Origin: Vicugna vicugna
Lineage: Eukaryota
Assembly: GCA_013265495.1 (NCBI GenBank)
Contig: MU058781.1
Span: 2,458,158-2,522,157, forward strand
Direction: 5' to 3'
Length of the DNA stretch: 64,000 nt
Part shown: positions 1 through 13,269 of the stretch, one piece after another
How the letters are laid out: every line of letters starts with the position of its first letter
How positions within the stretch are numbered: position 1 is the stretch's first letter
Notes under the pieces: generated by a model
The model's input: only the letters and a program-made list of their open reading frames with translations
Told to the model about the DNA's origin: nothing
The model's database searches: none
Made by a program: the position numbers and the translations under genes

Positions 1-547
1 TGACAAGTTTTCAGCAACAAAATTATGGAATGGTAGAAACATTTCCAGACATTGATTCTTTAAAATGCTCTCTCCATAGCAGAAGTTTCTTTCAAAAGCA
101 GTTACTTTCTATTTCCTTGTTAAAATATCATCTTTACTTTCAAGTGGTAGATTGTGCTAATATTTTTTTCAGTGGCTTCTGAGTTGATACAACTCATGGC
201 CTTTTACCTTGGCAGAAATGGTCACCAAATTTGGAATACTTGTCTTAATAAAGGAAACATACATAACTCACCAATAGTTTAAATCAATGTTCTCAAATTT
301 AAGTCTCAGATGTCTTCCAAGAGGAAATGAAATCCCATGTACTTTACTAATTTTTAGGTCAACATCTTATAGTTTCCATTAAAAGTTTATAAATTTGCGA
401 AGATATGATTTGTGGAATTTGACTTTTAAAACCATATTAAAATTATTGACATTTTAAAGATGAAACTTAAATCACATTATATCCAGTGGCATCTCAATAG
501 CATAATAACTTGATAACCATCACCATCTATTTTTTAAAATATCTGAG

Positions 548-1530
548 TCAACTCAATCAAAAAATGGACAGAAGACCTAAATAGACATTTCTCTAAAGAC
601 ATTCACATGGCCAATAAGCACATGAAAAGATACTCAACATCACTAATTATTAGAGAAATGCAAATCAAAACCAAAATGAAGTATCACCTCACACAAGTCA
701 GATGGTTATAATCAAGAACTCTGAAAATGATAAATGCTGGAGAGGGTATGGAGAAAAGGGACCTCTCCTACACTGTTGGTGGGAATATAAATTGGTGCAG
801 CCACTATGGAAAACAATATGGAGGTTCCTTAAAAATCTAAAACTAGAGCCACCATATGATCCAGCAATCTCACTCCTCGGCATATATTCAGAAAAGATGA
901 AAACTAATTAAAAAAGATATATGCACCCCAGTGTTCATAGCAGTACTATTTACAATAGCCGAGATATGAAAACAATCCAAGTGCCCATCAACAGACTATT
1001 GGTTTAAGAAGATGTGGTGTATACATACTATGGAATATTACTCTGCCATAAAAAACAATGAACTTTTACCATTTACAGCAACATGAATGGACCTAGGTAT
1101 ATCATACTAAGTGAAGTAAGTTAGATAGAGAAAGACAAATATTATATATTATTTATATGTGGAATCTAAAAAATAATACAAATGACTCTATATATAAAAC
1201 AGAAACAGACTCACAGACATGGAAAACAAAGGCTACCAAAGAGGAAAGGGAGAGGGGAGGGATAAATTAGGAATATGGGATTAACAGATAAAATCAACTA
1301 CACATAAAACAGGCAAGCAACAAGATCCTACTGTATAGCATAGGGAACTGTATTCAATATCTTGCATACCTATAATGGAATACCTATAATGGAAAATATG
1401 TTGTATACCTATAATGGAAAATAATCTGAAATATATATATGTATATATATGTATATATATGGCTGAATCACTTTGCTGTACACTTGAAACTAACATAGTA
1501 TTGCAAATTAACTGTACTTCAATTAAAAAT
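548..1530 (+). mobile_element. LINE-1 3' fragment (ORF2 C-terminus + 3'UTR)
   Basis: [52 protein letters not shown] is the L1 ORF2 cysteine-rich end; typical 3'UTR and A-rich tail. Confidence 0.95.
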
Positions 1531-1996
1531 ATATATGAATCGGACCTTATTTAACAATTGGAAATTGTACTTCATCCTCTGTCTCCTTATATTTCTATTC
1601 TGCTTCCACTGCTTCCTCCCATAGAACATTTATTTTAATATATGTTTATTTTTGAAGCTCTATGTTAATCACCAGTATTTTCTACAATAAAAATATGCAT
1701 ATAAATTGAGTGTTTAATTTTGTAATTACCTGTGAACATAAGGCTCTAAGTGTTAATTGCCTCTTGGATACAGCTATCATTACAATTGTTAGTAGTACAT
1801 AATTGGTCAAAACAACTTATCCATATTACAGATCTCTATAAATAATCATTAAAATAAATATTTTTGATTATTGGGAAAAACTCTAGGTGACTTGAATGAG
1901 GTTGGGTTATTTTCGTGTATCCATGGGTAAATATTGCTTATGATTTGAATGAGACAGGGCTTACATCAATTCTACTCATGTATTTCATGTTTCCAG

Positions 1997-2102
1997 ATGT
2001 GAGCCCTGAGAAACCTTGTTCATATAAACAGATAGGGATGGAGGTTTTGTTAGAGCAGTGCTGCTCAATTTATTTAACCATTTCTGGATCATATGCCAAA
2101 AG
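1997..2102 (+). pseudogene. DHC-like exon remnant
   Basis: ttccAG acceptor; open frame DVSPEKPCSYKQIGMEVLLEQCCSIYLTISGSYAK; AG|GTCACC donor; weak resemblance to the helix preceding the RHW motif. Confidence 0.35.
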
Positions 2103-2248
2103 GTCACCTACTGATGAAATTACTTTTAATAATGTGTCTTTTGACAATTCTAATTCATTCTTCAATTTTTTTAAAGCAAAGAATAGATATGTTACCCAGT
2201 CATTAGAGTTCATTCACTTAAGCTTTATTGAGATTTACCAAGTGATTA

Positions 2249-2625
2249 TTGTATTAGTCAGCTTTTGCTGGGTAACAACAAAATCTCAGTGGCATATAAC
2301 TAAAAGCAGTTCTTTCTCTCCCTGGCAAGATGTAGGTCAGCAGGGGCAACTCTGGTTCAGGCTGTGGATTCCACATGTCTCCTTCTGGAATCCAGAATAA
2401 AGGCACAGTGGGCATGATCTCCTCATGCCAGCAGTCAGAAGAAGCATGTGGTGCATCTTAAACCCTAGGCTCAGAGTTGGCATACTGCCCCTTTGCCCAT
2501 ATTCCGCTGGCCAAAGAAAATCGGTGACCAAGCCCAGCTCCAGTGGGGTGGGATGAACGTTCCTACCAGGGATGTGTGAGGTAGAGGAGAGAATGTTTGC
2601 TAACCAGTAATCTAATCTACCACAC
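2249..2625. mobile_element. MaLR LTR (MLT1-like)
   Basis: Begins tgtattagtcagc...gtaacaacaaaatctcagtggc, typical of MLT1. Confidence 0.6.
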
Positions 2626-3128
2626 CTGTAGTTATTTTCCCTCCTGTTGTTTGTTTTTATTTTGGGTCTAGTTTTTGCTTAGTAGTAACTTGCTCAAAAC
2701 AGTATATGAAAAAGTGTTGGTAGATTAAGAAAAGCATGAGGAAAGCTTCTGAGATGCTGGTAATGTTCTATTTTTTTTACCCAGGTGGTAGATACACCGG
2801 TGAGTTTGCATGGTGATAATTCATTGAACTGTACATTCATAACCTGTGCACTTTTTCTGTAAGTATGTTATATTTCAAATAAAAACTTATTTTTTAAATA
2901 AGGGGTTGAGAAAAACAGTATTTTTAATTTTGAAATCTTTTTCCAGTGCAAAATTTTTATAAGTTTCTTTTAACTTACCACATTCTTTAAATATGTATTT
3001 TATGAATGTTTTTAGAACTGTAGATATAGGGCATTCAACTTATGGATAATGTCTGCTATGAAATGTAATTAGCAAAGCAATTCCTCATTTTCAAATCTAT
3101 CAACTAAATCAGATTTGTCTTGCATCAG

Positions 3129-3254
3129 AAAAACATTGCATTTTTCAGTTCAGATAAATTTGCTAATACTTATTTCAAGGAATGTTATTTAAAAATTACT
3201 GCAAGATAAATTTTGGAACACATGTTGTAATATAGTTTACTGAAAGTGATTAAG
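3129..3254 (+). pseudogene. DHC-like exon remnant
   Basis: KNIAFFSSDKFANTYFKECYLKITAR*ILEHML*YSLLKVIK; AAG|GTTAAA donor; ITAR*ILEHML resembles the FxLRNIMEAPL-type DHC_N2 segment. Confidence 0.45.
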
Positions 3255-4913
3255 GTTAAAATTGTCTGGATTCAATATGATCAATTTATCTGCTTTACAA
3301 GTTAAAAAGCAAGAATAAATCTATACACTATTTTTCTATCTGTATATCTAATACTGCAGTCCAACGTATAGCTAAAATGATGTTATTATAAAGGGAGAAA
3401 TATAATAAAAATGTGGTATTTATTAAAAGTGTGCATGCATGTATTGGACTTTGACGTTTGGCTTTTGGAATAATTAACTAAAAATGCATACAAAATACAA
3501 AAATAGTTTTATTAATTTTGTACACATCATGAGCAAATATTTTTTACATTTAATGAAAGAAGTTTTATATACTAAAAAAAATTAATTATTCTAGCAACTG
3601 TCTTATTAATTTGGAATTTTAATAAGAGGTAGAAAAAGTAAGCAATTTAGATGAAAAAATATTTTTAGCATGACTTTATACAAGTTTTAATCAATAATTG
3701 AATAATACATACCAAATCTAAAAAGAAAAAAAATGTAGGATAACTTGAAAAATTTAGACCCCAATTACCTTTAAAGCAAATAGTACCACTAATGTGTGTT
3801 GTTCTTTGAATATGCTTTTCTTGCCAGTCAGTGACACATTCTAGGGATGAATGTTGGGCATAGCTAAAAAAAAAAATTGCTTAGGTTTTATTAAATGAAA
3901 GAAAAGACAAACAGTCACTGTAGCATCCATGTGTCTTACCAGTGTCCTCTCTGCTTTGTCCATACTCAGCTCGCCCTCAGAGAGCAGTGCACTTCCTGTG
4001 AGAGGTAAGAGGGGAGGTTGTAAAAGAAAATTACCGTCACTCCCCTGTCCCTGAAAGGTGGGATTTCAGGACAACCTACCAAGGGCAAAAACTCTTGTTT
4101 TCAATACATTTGCTGTAGCTTGAGAAAGAAATATGTGTGGGAGAGGGAAAGACTAGCAGCCCTGTGGACTTTCATTGATCTATGGATTAATCATTAAAAG
4201 GACGCTTCCAAGAAAGTAGTATTTCCAGAAGTCCCTTGGTTTAATGCCCTGGAGGTTCCTTTCATTATGGGGCAATACATGACCGTGCTAAAATTCATGA
4301 TAGTGTTAGTGCTGTTCACTGAACCTGCCCAGGCTCTTTACCTCCTAGGCTCATGCAGACTCAGTGAGACCAACGGACTAGTTCTGCCTACTGCATTGTA
4401 CAGGGAAATGATGGGCGTCCTTTTCAGGCTGGAGCAGTAAGTATACTGCAAGACCTTCCAGAGTTCTCTTTTCCTTTTGCCATGATGATTATCAACATTC
4501 CATCCAGTGACTACCTGGGTCATAGATTGACAAGGACATCATACAGAGACCCCAAATTTCCCTGGTTGAATGTGCAGCATACATAAGAAGTAAACATCTT
4601 TGTTTTAAGTCACTGAGATTCTGGGATGGCTTGTTCACGAGAGCATCCGGACCAATTCAACTTTCTTTTGTAAAGTAGGACAAGGCTATTTTGAAAGGGG
4701 AGAGAAGAAAGAAAAGAATCCACATTATACTAGGGAAGAAGATAGATCAAAGTTCTGCTCTGCATACTGAATCCTTTAAACTATCCACAGTGTATGCCCT
4801 TAAAAAAAAAAAAGACTACCAGTTTAAAAAATATATATTTTAAATACTTTCCCAAAAGGTAACTGGGGAATATCTATGGAAAACAAAAGACATTCATGAT
4901 ACTTCCTCATCTC

Positions 4914-5003
4914 ATTTCAAAGAATTCTGAAGATACTATTATTTTGAATAACCTAGTCTAAATCCCACTTAACTACCTGTTTGTTAACCAGATTTTTGTC
5001 CCA
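4914..5003 (+). pseudogene. DHC-like exon remnant (boundaries approximate)
   Basis: ISKNSEDTIILNNLV*IPLNYLFVNQIFVP aligns in register with AxKExxLExxLxxMxxxWxxxxFxFxPY. Confidence 0.45.
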
Positions 5004-5215
5004 GTACACTGAAAGTGAATGAAAACCAAAGGCAGCAATGTCAACACATCGGCACGCTGAAATCCTCACCTCCCCTCACCTACCAAGGAGACAGGCCTGA
5101 TGTACAGATGGAGTGGAGATCCACTGTAAAGTACTAGATTCAGTATTAAGAAAGTTTATTTTCAATTTTTTAGATAAAAAACCTAAAATTAGATTTCTCA
5201 GTATTTTATTTGCAG

Positions 5216-5319
5216 ACCACTCTGGGTCATTCCTAAGGACACATCCACATCATGTTAGAGGAAACTAAGACAGTATTCACTCCTTAATTCAAATTAAATC
5301 CCTTTTAATCTGTAGTCAA
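5216..5319 (+). pseudogene. DHC-like exon remnant
   Basis: ttttatttgcAG acceptor; TTLGHS*GHIHIMLEETKTVFTP*FKLNPF*SVV resembles ILGxxDEIxxxLDDxxxxxxxMxxSPF; the phase-2 end matches the 12284 exon. Confidence 0.55.
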
Positions 5320-5589
5320 GTATTCCCTATCATTGCTAATTTTAGGCATTTGTAGTTTTGTTCTTGTTTATCTTAACTGACTTGGTCAGATGTTTATCAA
5401 TTCTATTGGACTGTTTAGGAAATGATCTTTTGTATTGATTAATTTTCTCTTTTTGTGATTAATTATTATAATTTACATTTAATAATTATTTTGTATTCCT
5501 TTTCTTACATTCATCTTGTTGAGATATTAGCTTCTTGACTTAAATACATTTTTTAGGTTTTTTTTCTGATTTAGTGATAAAAGTATTTA

Positions 5590-5891
5590 GGACTTCAGTT
5601 ATAAGATGAATAATTTCTGAGGCTCTAATGTGCAGTATGGCAACTATAGTTAATAATACTGTGCTCTACACTTGACATTTCCCAAGAGAGTAGATCTTAG
5701 CTGTTCTCACCACACACACACACACGCACACACACACACACAAAGGTAACTATGTGAGATGATGGCTGTGTTAATAAGCATAAGTGGGTAATCATTTCAG
5801 AGTGTATGCATGTATCAAATCATCACATTGAAATCCTTAAATAGATACAATTTTTATTGGTCAATTATACTGCACTAAAGGTGGAGGAAAA
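5590..5891 (+). mobile_element. L1MA-type 3' end with internal (CA)n
   Basis: cagttataagatgaataa...gagtagatctt...ggtaactatgtgagatgatgg...tcaattatac pattern. Confidence 0.8.
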
Positions 5892-7099
5892 GCATTTAAG
5901 ATTATTATTTTTACTCTCAGAATATAGCTTTCATTGTATTAGTAATAAATGTTTTCCTTATGGCCAATGTCTAAATATATTCATAATATTTAAATCTGTA
6001 ATTACATTTTTTTTAACTCAAAATGTTATTTAGGTAGGTGTTTTAATATATTCAACTAGTTGGACTTAGAGGAAGAGGGAAGGTTTTGGCTTTTTTTTTT
6101 TTCAATTTTAAATCTTTGGTTACATTTATAGCACAGTGATCAAAAATCTATCTGTACCACTTCTGCTTTGGGGATTTTATTTTGTTCTCAGTTACATTGT
6201 GGGTTTTGGTGGGAAGGGTCCTGAATTTTGGATTTAATCTCTAGTCCTTTCTCACTAGGTCTAAGGAGGGCATAATTCTTAACCAAAAAACTCTCATGAC
6301 CAATATCAAATTAGCTGCACTGTAATTTGAGATCACCATGAAGGAGAACTATCCCCAAAGAAAACGTTATCTGCAATGGTAAAACAGGTTCCCCTGCTCC
6401 TTGGAACAGGACAGGATAGGCCCTGATTTCCTTGGAATTGTCACTCAGGCAACTGGTTGAGAAGCCAAGAAAAACAGCAATGTGGAAGTCCGCCCTGTGC
6501 AATGCCAGGCTGTTTTGTTTTACCTCGGAGCCAATACGGGGTGGAGGAATGGGATAAAGTATTGATGACCAATACCCCAGAACTGACTGTCCTAGTCAGT
6601 CATCTCACACCCACCTATGAATAGTGCCTTCCCAGCTGTGACCAGAGTCAGACCAGCCTGGCCTGGAGGGTGGGACTCCCTACACAGGGTCTGAACATTT
6701 TCAAAAACATCTTTGCTAGAGGAAACAAAAATACAAGCACTCCAAAAATAGCTGCTCAAAAATTTTGTGAGATTATAAAAGTAATCTTTATTTTATTTTT
6801 CAAATCTATTTTGTACGTAGGAAGGAGGTAGTTAAGATCTTTCCTTGTCTTTTATCCAATTTTAGAATCTTTGTTTTTTTCCTTTTTAACAGAATGGTTT
6901 AATTCATTTAGACTTTTATTCTGATACTAATGAATTTTCACTTGATTCTTGCCTTATGTTTTCTGCTTTATATCTGATATTTTCCATTTTTCTTTCTCCA
7001 GAATATTCCTATTGAAATTTTCCTTTTTAAATTTCTTTTCCTGCTAAATATATGGAAAGTATATAACCTACTTTAATTCTGTGAGCTATTTCCTTAAAG

Positions 7100-9700
7100 A
7101 TAAACTTGTATTTCTCTATGTAAGTGAGTGAAATTGGCCTGTAATTTTTTGCTCATACTTTCTTTGGTTTTTTGGATCAAGGATGTTTTGGCCTCATAAC
7201 AGGGGGAACAGTCCTTTTTCTATTATTTTTAAAAGTTAAAAAAAAATCATTCTTTCTTTAAATGATTGGGAGTTTTCTTTAAGGGTAGGCTTTTAATATG
7301 GATTCAATTTCTTTAACAAAAAAGACTACTAAGATGTTCTATTTCTTCTTCTGTCTATTTCATATTTTCTCTAGGAATTTGTCCATTTCATCTACATTTT
7401 TCAAAAGTATTAGAAGAATTTTTTGTTAATGTTTTCATAATCATTGTCATTTTTCAGGATTACATAATTTAATCTTTTTTAAAACTCTTGACCGGTTATT
7501 TTTGCCTTTTCTCTTATTCTTGGTCAAAGAAATAACTTTCGGCTTTCTTTTTTTATTTCAGTATGTTTGCTTTCTATCATTAATATCTCCTATTTTATTA
7601 TTTCATGATTTTATTATATTTATTATTATCACTTATATTTTTAAAATTCTTTAGCAAAAGTTTAAAGTTCAATATAAAAAGCATTTGAAAATCAGGGCCC
7701 AGTGACATTAGAGAATAAATAGTACATTTTAAAAACACAATTATCCTGGAAATTTTAGGGAGAGGCCCTGGGGATGGAATGGAAGAGTGGCATTGAGAAG
7801 GCAGGGAGAGGGAGGGACAAGAACACGTTCCAGGGAGCCCATGGAGCCCTGCGATCCTGGGACGGGCTGCTTGCCATGCGTTCCCTCTTTCTTCCCGAAC
7901 CCACTGCAAATCAGGCCTGTTCGGTGTGAGCTCATCCCTTGCAGTGCATCTCTATTTGGAGAGGTTCAGGGGAGGGCAGGACTCCATCCAGCAATTTGAA
8001 ACTTTGTTTGGATTTCTGCAGTGACTTTTGGGATCTGGGCCATATGAAATACTAAAGACGAAGAGTGACGACTGGTCCAGTGTTACGTTGGATATAACGG
8101 GATCCAAGGGCTTTTATTTAATTTGGGGGCAAGACCCGACCCAAATGTGTCTTTGGAAAGAAGATTCACCTTCTCTTATCATTCACTCATAGTTAGACAG
8201 TGTGGTATAGCTGGGGCAGAGCAGGAGAAATGGATAGAATTTGGAGTAGCCTAGACATAGTTCATCTACTTCCACAAGAGTAGATTTGTGTCCTATGAAA
8301 GGTTAAACAAAAACAAGCTTTTTAAAGTAAGGTTCTTTAAAAGGCCGACCTTCCAACCTTTGAATCAGTCAACCAAGTGTCCTCCTCACTGGAGAAAGGA
8401 AAGGGCTTTGTATTTGCACAGTTACCAAAATATTTTCTTCATGATGTCTATGTCTTAATTACTGCTTAACTCCATCCCCTTTTATATATATTTTTGTGTG
8501 TAACTTACTGTTCTGTTTTTCTAACTTTTTAAAGTAGATGTTTAGCTCATTGATTTCAGTCTTTCTTATTTCTGTGAAGCCATAAAATTCTTTCTAAATA
8601 TAGCATTAACTTCATCCCGCAAGTTTGTTACAGAATATTTTATTTTTATATTCTAATTTTCGTTGTGATGTCTTCTTTGATCCTTGTGTTACATAGATTT
8701 GTATTTCTTAATTTCTTGGTCTCTGAACACATAAGTTTTTTTCTATTTATCTTTTTGTGTTGTGTTACCATTTAACTGCCCTGAATCAGAGAAAATTCAC
8801 TGTGTGATTTCAATCCAAGTCTTATTTAGTGGCCCACTAGACTGTCAAATTTTGCAAATGTCCCACATGTGATTAAAACGAATGTGTGTTCTCAGTCGTT
8901 TGATTCCAGTGTTTCATATGTTCATCAGATCAAGTTTTTCAATTGTTTTGTTCAAATCTTCTATATTATTGCTGCCTTTTAGTCTGCTTGTTCTATCAGA
9001 TATTGAGAGACATGCTAAAATCTCTGAGTATGATGGAAGATTTACCTGTTTCTCCTTACAGTTCTGCCAATTTTGCTTTATATATTTTGGGGCAGTATTG
9101 GGTATATGTCAGTTTAAATTTTTTATATCTTCCCTATTAATTGGAATTTTATCACTAAAGTGCATCACTTCATATCTGGTAAAGAGATTAGATTTTGCCT
9201 TAAGTCTCATTTGACTGATATTGATCTAGAGACACTAGCTTTTGGGTTGACAGTTATGTGGTGTATCTTTTTCAATCATCTTATCTTCAACCATTATATA
9301 CCCTTATGCTTTAGATGCATTTCATCTAAGCAGCTGAGTGTTACATTTTTATTCAGTTTAACATCTTTATCTTTTAATTGGATCATTTAGTCCATCTCCA
9401 TTTGATGTAATTGCTAACTTTTTTTAATCTACCATCTTATTGAATGCTTTATTAGTTGTGCCACCTATTTATGTTCCTTTTTATCCTGCCTTTTTTTTTT
9501 AACTTTTTTTGGATTGATTATTTTTATTCTTTGGTTTTTCCTCTACTAGTTTGGAAACAATACACTCATATTAATTATTCTTGTAACGATAGGCCTAGAG
9601 ATTAGAGTTATCATTCTTGACTTATCAAAAGTCTAATACTAATTTATAACTTTTATTTTCTTTTGGGAAAATGCACAAACATTACAACACTTTCATTCTG
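7100..9700 (-). mobile_element. Old, fragmented LINE-1 (antisense), interrupted at about 7.6-8.45 kb
   Basis: T-rich antisense L1 ORF2 motifs (tttctctaggaatttgtccatttcatcta; ttttgctttatatattttggggc). Confidence 0.65.
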
Positions 9701-10039
9701 TTTGTTCTGTTCTCAGACTCTTCCCTTTTTATTACTACCTGCTCTAATTTTGATAGCTGTGATGTACTTTCAGATCATATTGAGAATACAGATCACAGAG
9801 TCTTTTATTTCTTGAAGTGAATAAAGAAGAATTGGTGAGGAAGGATTTACTTTATTATCTCAAATTTGTCCCCTTTTCTGAACCTCCAGTTCTTTTCATA
9901 TGCCTGGTGATTTGTTGCTGTTTCTTTTTAGCTCTTCCCTATGGAGGGAAGTCTTCATTTGTCCAGTATTGGTAGTACAGATGGGTTTTGTTCGAGCTCT
10001 TTGGCTTGCTTTGATATGTCTTATAAAAACTGGAAGCAA

Positions 10040-10520
10040 CTTTTTCCCTCACTGAATGCACACCCCTTTGCTGTATGACTTTTCAGCTTCTCCTATCAAG
10101 ATTTGGAGTCTATTTCCCTAGCCTCAATTTGGGCTGGCCTTTGACTTGCTTTGACAAGTGAAATATGGCAGGGGCACGTACCGATTCCAATCCAAAGACA
10201 AGGCCTCAAGAGGTTTTGTGCATTTTGGTTCTTTCTGTTGAATTTTAGAACCACCAAATAAAGATCCAGCTAGCCTGCTAGAGGCTGAGTGACCTACATG
10301 AGGACATGAGGCATCCAAACTGAGGCCTTCCTAAATCAACCAGGCCTTAACCAACCCAGCATCTGATCATACATACTCATAAGCAAACCCAGCCAAGACC
10401 AGGATAACCACCTCGATAAGCCTGCCAGACTGCCAAACTGCAGAACTGTGGGCTAAATAACTATTTTAAGGTACTAAATTTTGGGGTGATTTGTTATACA
10501 ACAAAAGCTGACTGACACCA
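10040..10520. mobile_element. MaLR LTR (MLT1-like)
   Basis: gggctggcctttgacttgctttgac...gctaaataactattttaag..aaattttggggtgatttgttatacaacaaaagctgactgaca end motif. Confidence 0.7.
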
Positions 10521-12283
10521 GCCCCCTATTCAAAGCTTTTAGACTCAGAAGAAAGAAGTAGAAAATAGGTTTAGATTTTCTCGTGTTTTACTTTAGAGAC
10601 TTAGCAATCTGTCAGGTAGGGAGGCAGTCGTATGCAAAGGGAGTTTCACCGACCTGCGAAGACTGCATGGTGCTAAGGTGATCAATAACCCTTGGCGTCC
10701 TTTATCCTCAATTAGTAGTAATAAAGAGGTAATCAGGAGAAAGTCAGTGGGCCAGAGGACTGTTTTCAGAGCATTGTGCCTTAGCTCTAAGATCAGAGAA
10801 AGCCCATGCCCCTCCATGTAAACATCCATAGCAAGAAGTCCCTGGAAGATACAGAGCTAAAACTGCAGCCTCAGAAGTGATGGGTACTATCTCAACGTGT
10901 GAAATCCATAGGAATTCAATGGAAAGTAGATCTGTCAATGCTCCATCAAACAGGCATCATCCAATCATGAGGGAAAGGCAGGAGTTGCATAAGAAGTGAT
11001 GCCAGTGAGGGCTGGGAGAAGCTGAAGGCTATTTCAGCATTGGGAGGAACAACAGCCCAGACACTGAAGAAGGAACCTAAGTCAGAGATCTTGTGTTTAG
11101 GAGGCAACAAGAAGGTTGACAGAAGACCAAGCAGGAAGTGGATAACTAGCTATGCAACCCAAGAAAGTCAGTAAGTCTTGGTTTCCATTTCCTTGCCTAT
11201 GAAATCCAGGTGTTAAAGTTGACCCCTAAGTTTCCTGCCAATTCTAAAGTTCTTTAGGGCTTGGTACAAAACACTGTAGTATTTTATAAATCATTAAAGG
11301 GAGTTGTAGTTCATAGTTTTATTTTTACAGCCTATTTTTGGTCATATCCTTGATTTATGTAATATCAAGTCTTTGGGAATACAATAGCTAATTATAATAC
11401 TAAAACTATGGGGAAATACGATTTGCCTTACAATTATATTCTGATAGGAGCTCTAGGTAGGACATGTAAACAAAACTAAAATTTTGTGCAATAGTAATGT
11501 GTACAGTAGAAATTTGGAAAATATGCTAGGGAGAACTGAATTGTTAGATATATCTATAAAATAACAATTAAAGGCCCTGGAAAGCTGTGATTATAAATTA
11601 GCAGAGGAAAAAAAGGATTAAAAAAATAAACTGATACCTTAAGTGTAAAAATGAGACAGATTATAGAAAGAGGCGTGAGAGAGAAATTAAATTTTTGTTG
11701 AAATTTGATTATTCTATAAGAGGAAGTTTCAGAGCTTGCTAATCATTTTTAGTCTTGCCTGAATAAGAATAAAAGCACAAAGAAGTGAAACTTTGAAGTT
11801 ACACTGATTAAGTACTGAGGCCCACTTGCATGCATAATGCAATTAATAATCTACCCCAAGGCAGCAGTCTATAAAATCATAAAAATATTCAAACATTCTT
11901 TTCAGTACAGATAATTTTAAATCTTGAAAAAATATTTTGATGGTATTTCTGATACTTCTAAAGGTGTAATTTAAATCTATATTTACCTCAAAGTGCAAAA
12001 CTTTTATGGTTTAGCTAAAGTAGTGGTCATCATACTGATTGTTTTTAGAGTCCCTCTCTAGCCCATGTATAAAATATTACTAAGTCCACATGGATATTAA
12101 AATAAAGTGGGATATAATTTTACATATTCTTTAACTCCTTCCTGAACCCCGACCTTCTTTCAATAGACTGGAAAATCTGTTAGTAACAAATCTCAAGTTA
12201 AAACGTTGCCATTTTACATTAAAAAATAGGCTATTGATTTTTCTTCTTTCTTCATTCATTTTCACTGACCCATATTCTGTAAG

Positions 12284-12387
12284 AGAGCAAAAGAGCTGTG
12301 GCATCAGACGGAGGGTGAGGGTAATAGAAAAATCCCTCATGTTGGGAAATTCTGTGCTGAAAACATGGATTGATCAACATGTACTAG
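12284..12387 (+). pseudogene. DHC-like exon remnant
   Basis: Long pyrimidine tract plus AG; open frame EQKSCGIRRRVRVIEKSLMLGNSVLKTWIDQHVL resembles RxxxWExKLxxxxxxLDxWxxVQ. Confidence 0.6.
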
Positions 12388-12477
12388 GTTAGAGGATAAA
12401 ATTCTAACATTTCATTCAGACTCAAGTAAAACATTACACAAAGGAGCTGGTCTTTTTTTTTTTTTTCCAAAAATCAG

Positions 12478-12531
12478 ATGTATAGTTTTTCTATCCAAAG
12501 CATATTTGTGTCTGCTGGCAGACAAGTACAG
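12478..12531 (+). pseudogene. DHC-like exon remnant (54 nt)
   Basis: Poly-T tract, cAG acceptor, CAG|GTAATT donor; CIVFLSKAYLCLLADKY resembles WxYLExIF. Confidence 0.5.
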
Positions 12532-13004
12532 GTAATTGCCTCCAGGTGTTTGCCTGCAGGAAGTCATTGAAATTCAGTGCTAGCAATGGCAGTTTCCTCA
12601 GCTGCAAAACCTAACCTGCAGGAACCTCGTGGGCACAGGTGTATTCGAGATTAGCAGCGCCAGCCAGCTGAAAGGCCGTAGACTCTGAAGGCTCAGTTTA
12701 ACAGGGAACGAATTAACTAAAACAAGAATCAGGATGTATTTTAAAACTACTATTTAAAATTTAGGATTTAAAACATTTGTCCTTGTTTAAAAATTTTTTT
12801 AATTGTTTATGTTTTTTATTTTTATTCATTTATGGTAACTGTATAGCAGATTTTTCCCCCCTCCAGGGAATATGAATTATAAAATATACATTTCCTTAAA
12901 TTCTGTTTTTATGAAAACTCATGTTAAAAAATAATTCATTATTAAAAAATAATCTGGATCTTCTTTCCACTGTGAATAGATACCCTGAGACATTTTATTT
13001 TTAT

Positions 13005-13235
13005 TTTACATATTTTTTATTGAAATATGGTTGATTTACAATATTATATTAGTTTTGGGTGTACAACATAAGTGATTCAATATTTTTATAGATTATACTT
13101 CATTTAAAGTTATTACAAAATAATGGTTATATTTCCCTGTGCTGTACAATATATCCTTATTGTTTATTTACTTTAAACATAGTAGTTAATCCTATACCCC
13201 TATCTTGCCCCTCCCCCAGAGTAACCATTAGCATT
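13005..13235 (-). mobile_element. LINE-1 extreme 3' end (antisense)
   Basis: gttgatttacaatattatattagtttt..gtgtacaacat..gtgattca pattern, the reverse complement of an L1 3' tail. Confidence 0.8.
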
Positions 13236-13269
13236 TAGCTCATTTCCTCCACTCAAATCATAACATCTA

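Noticed and set aside
1..220. Individually annotated pseudo-exons 1-84 and 173-220 (NKIMEW*KHFQTLIL*NALSIAE | WLLS*YNSWPFTLAEM)
   Set aside because: Phase-compatible and in the expected position, but multiple stops and weak motif similarity; not listed separately.
1365..1420. Three copies of atacctataatggaa resembling a repeat-spacer array
   Set aside because: Local slippage inside the L1 3'UTR; not CRISPR-like, and the context is eukaryotic.
1915..2400. 161 aa ORF as a standalone gene
   Set aside because: Non-ATG start and the 3' part runs into an MLT1 LTR; only 1997-2102 is kept as a possible exon remnant.
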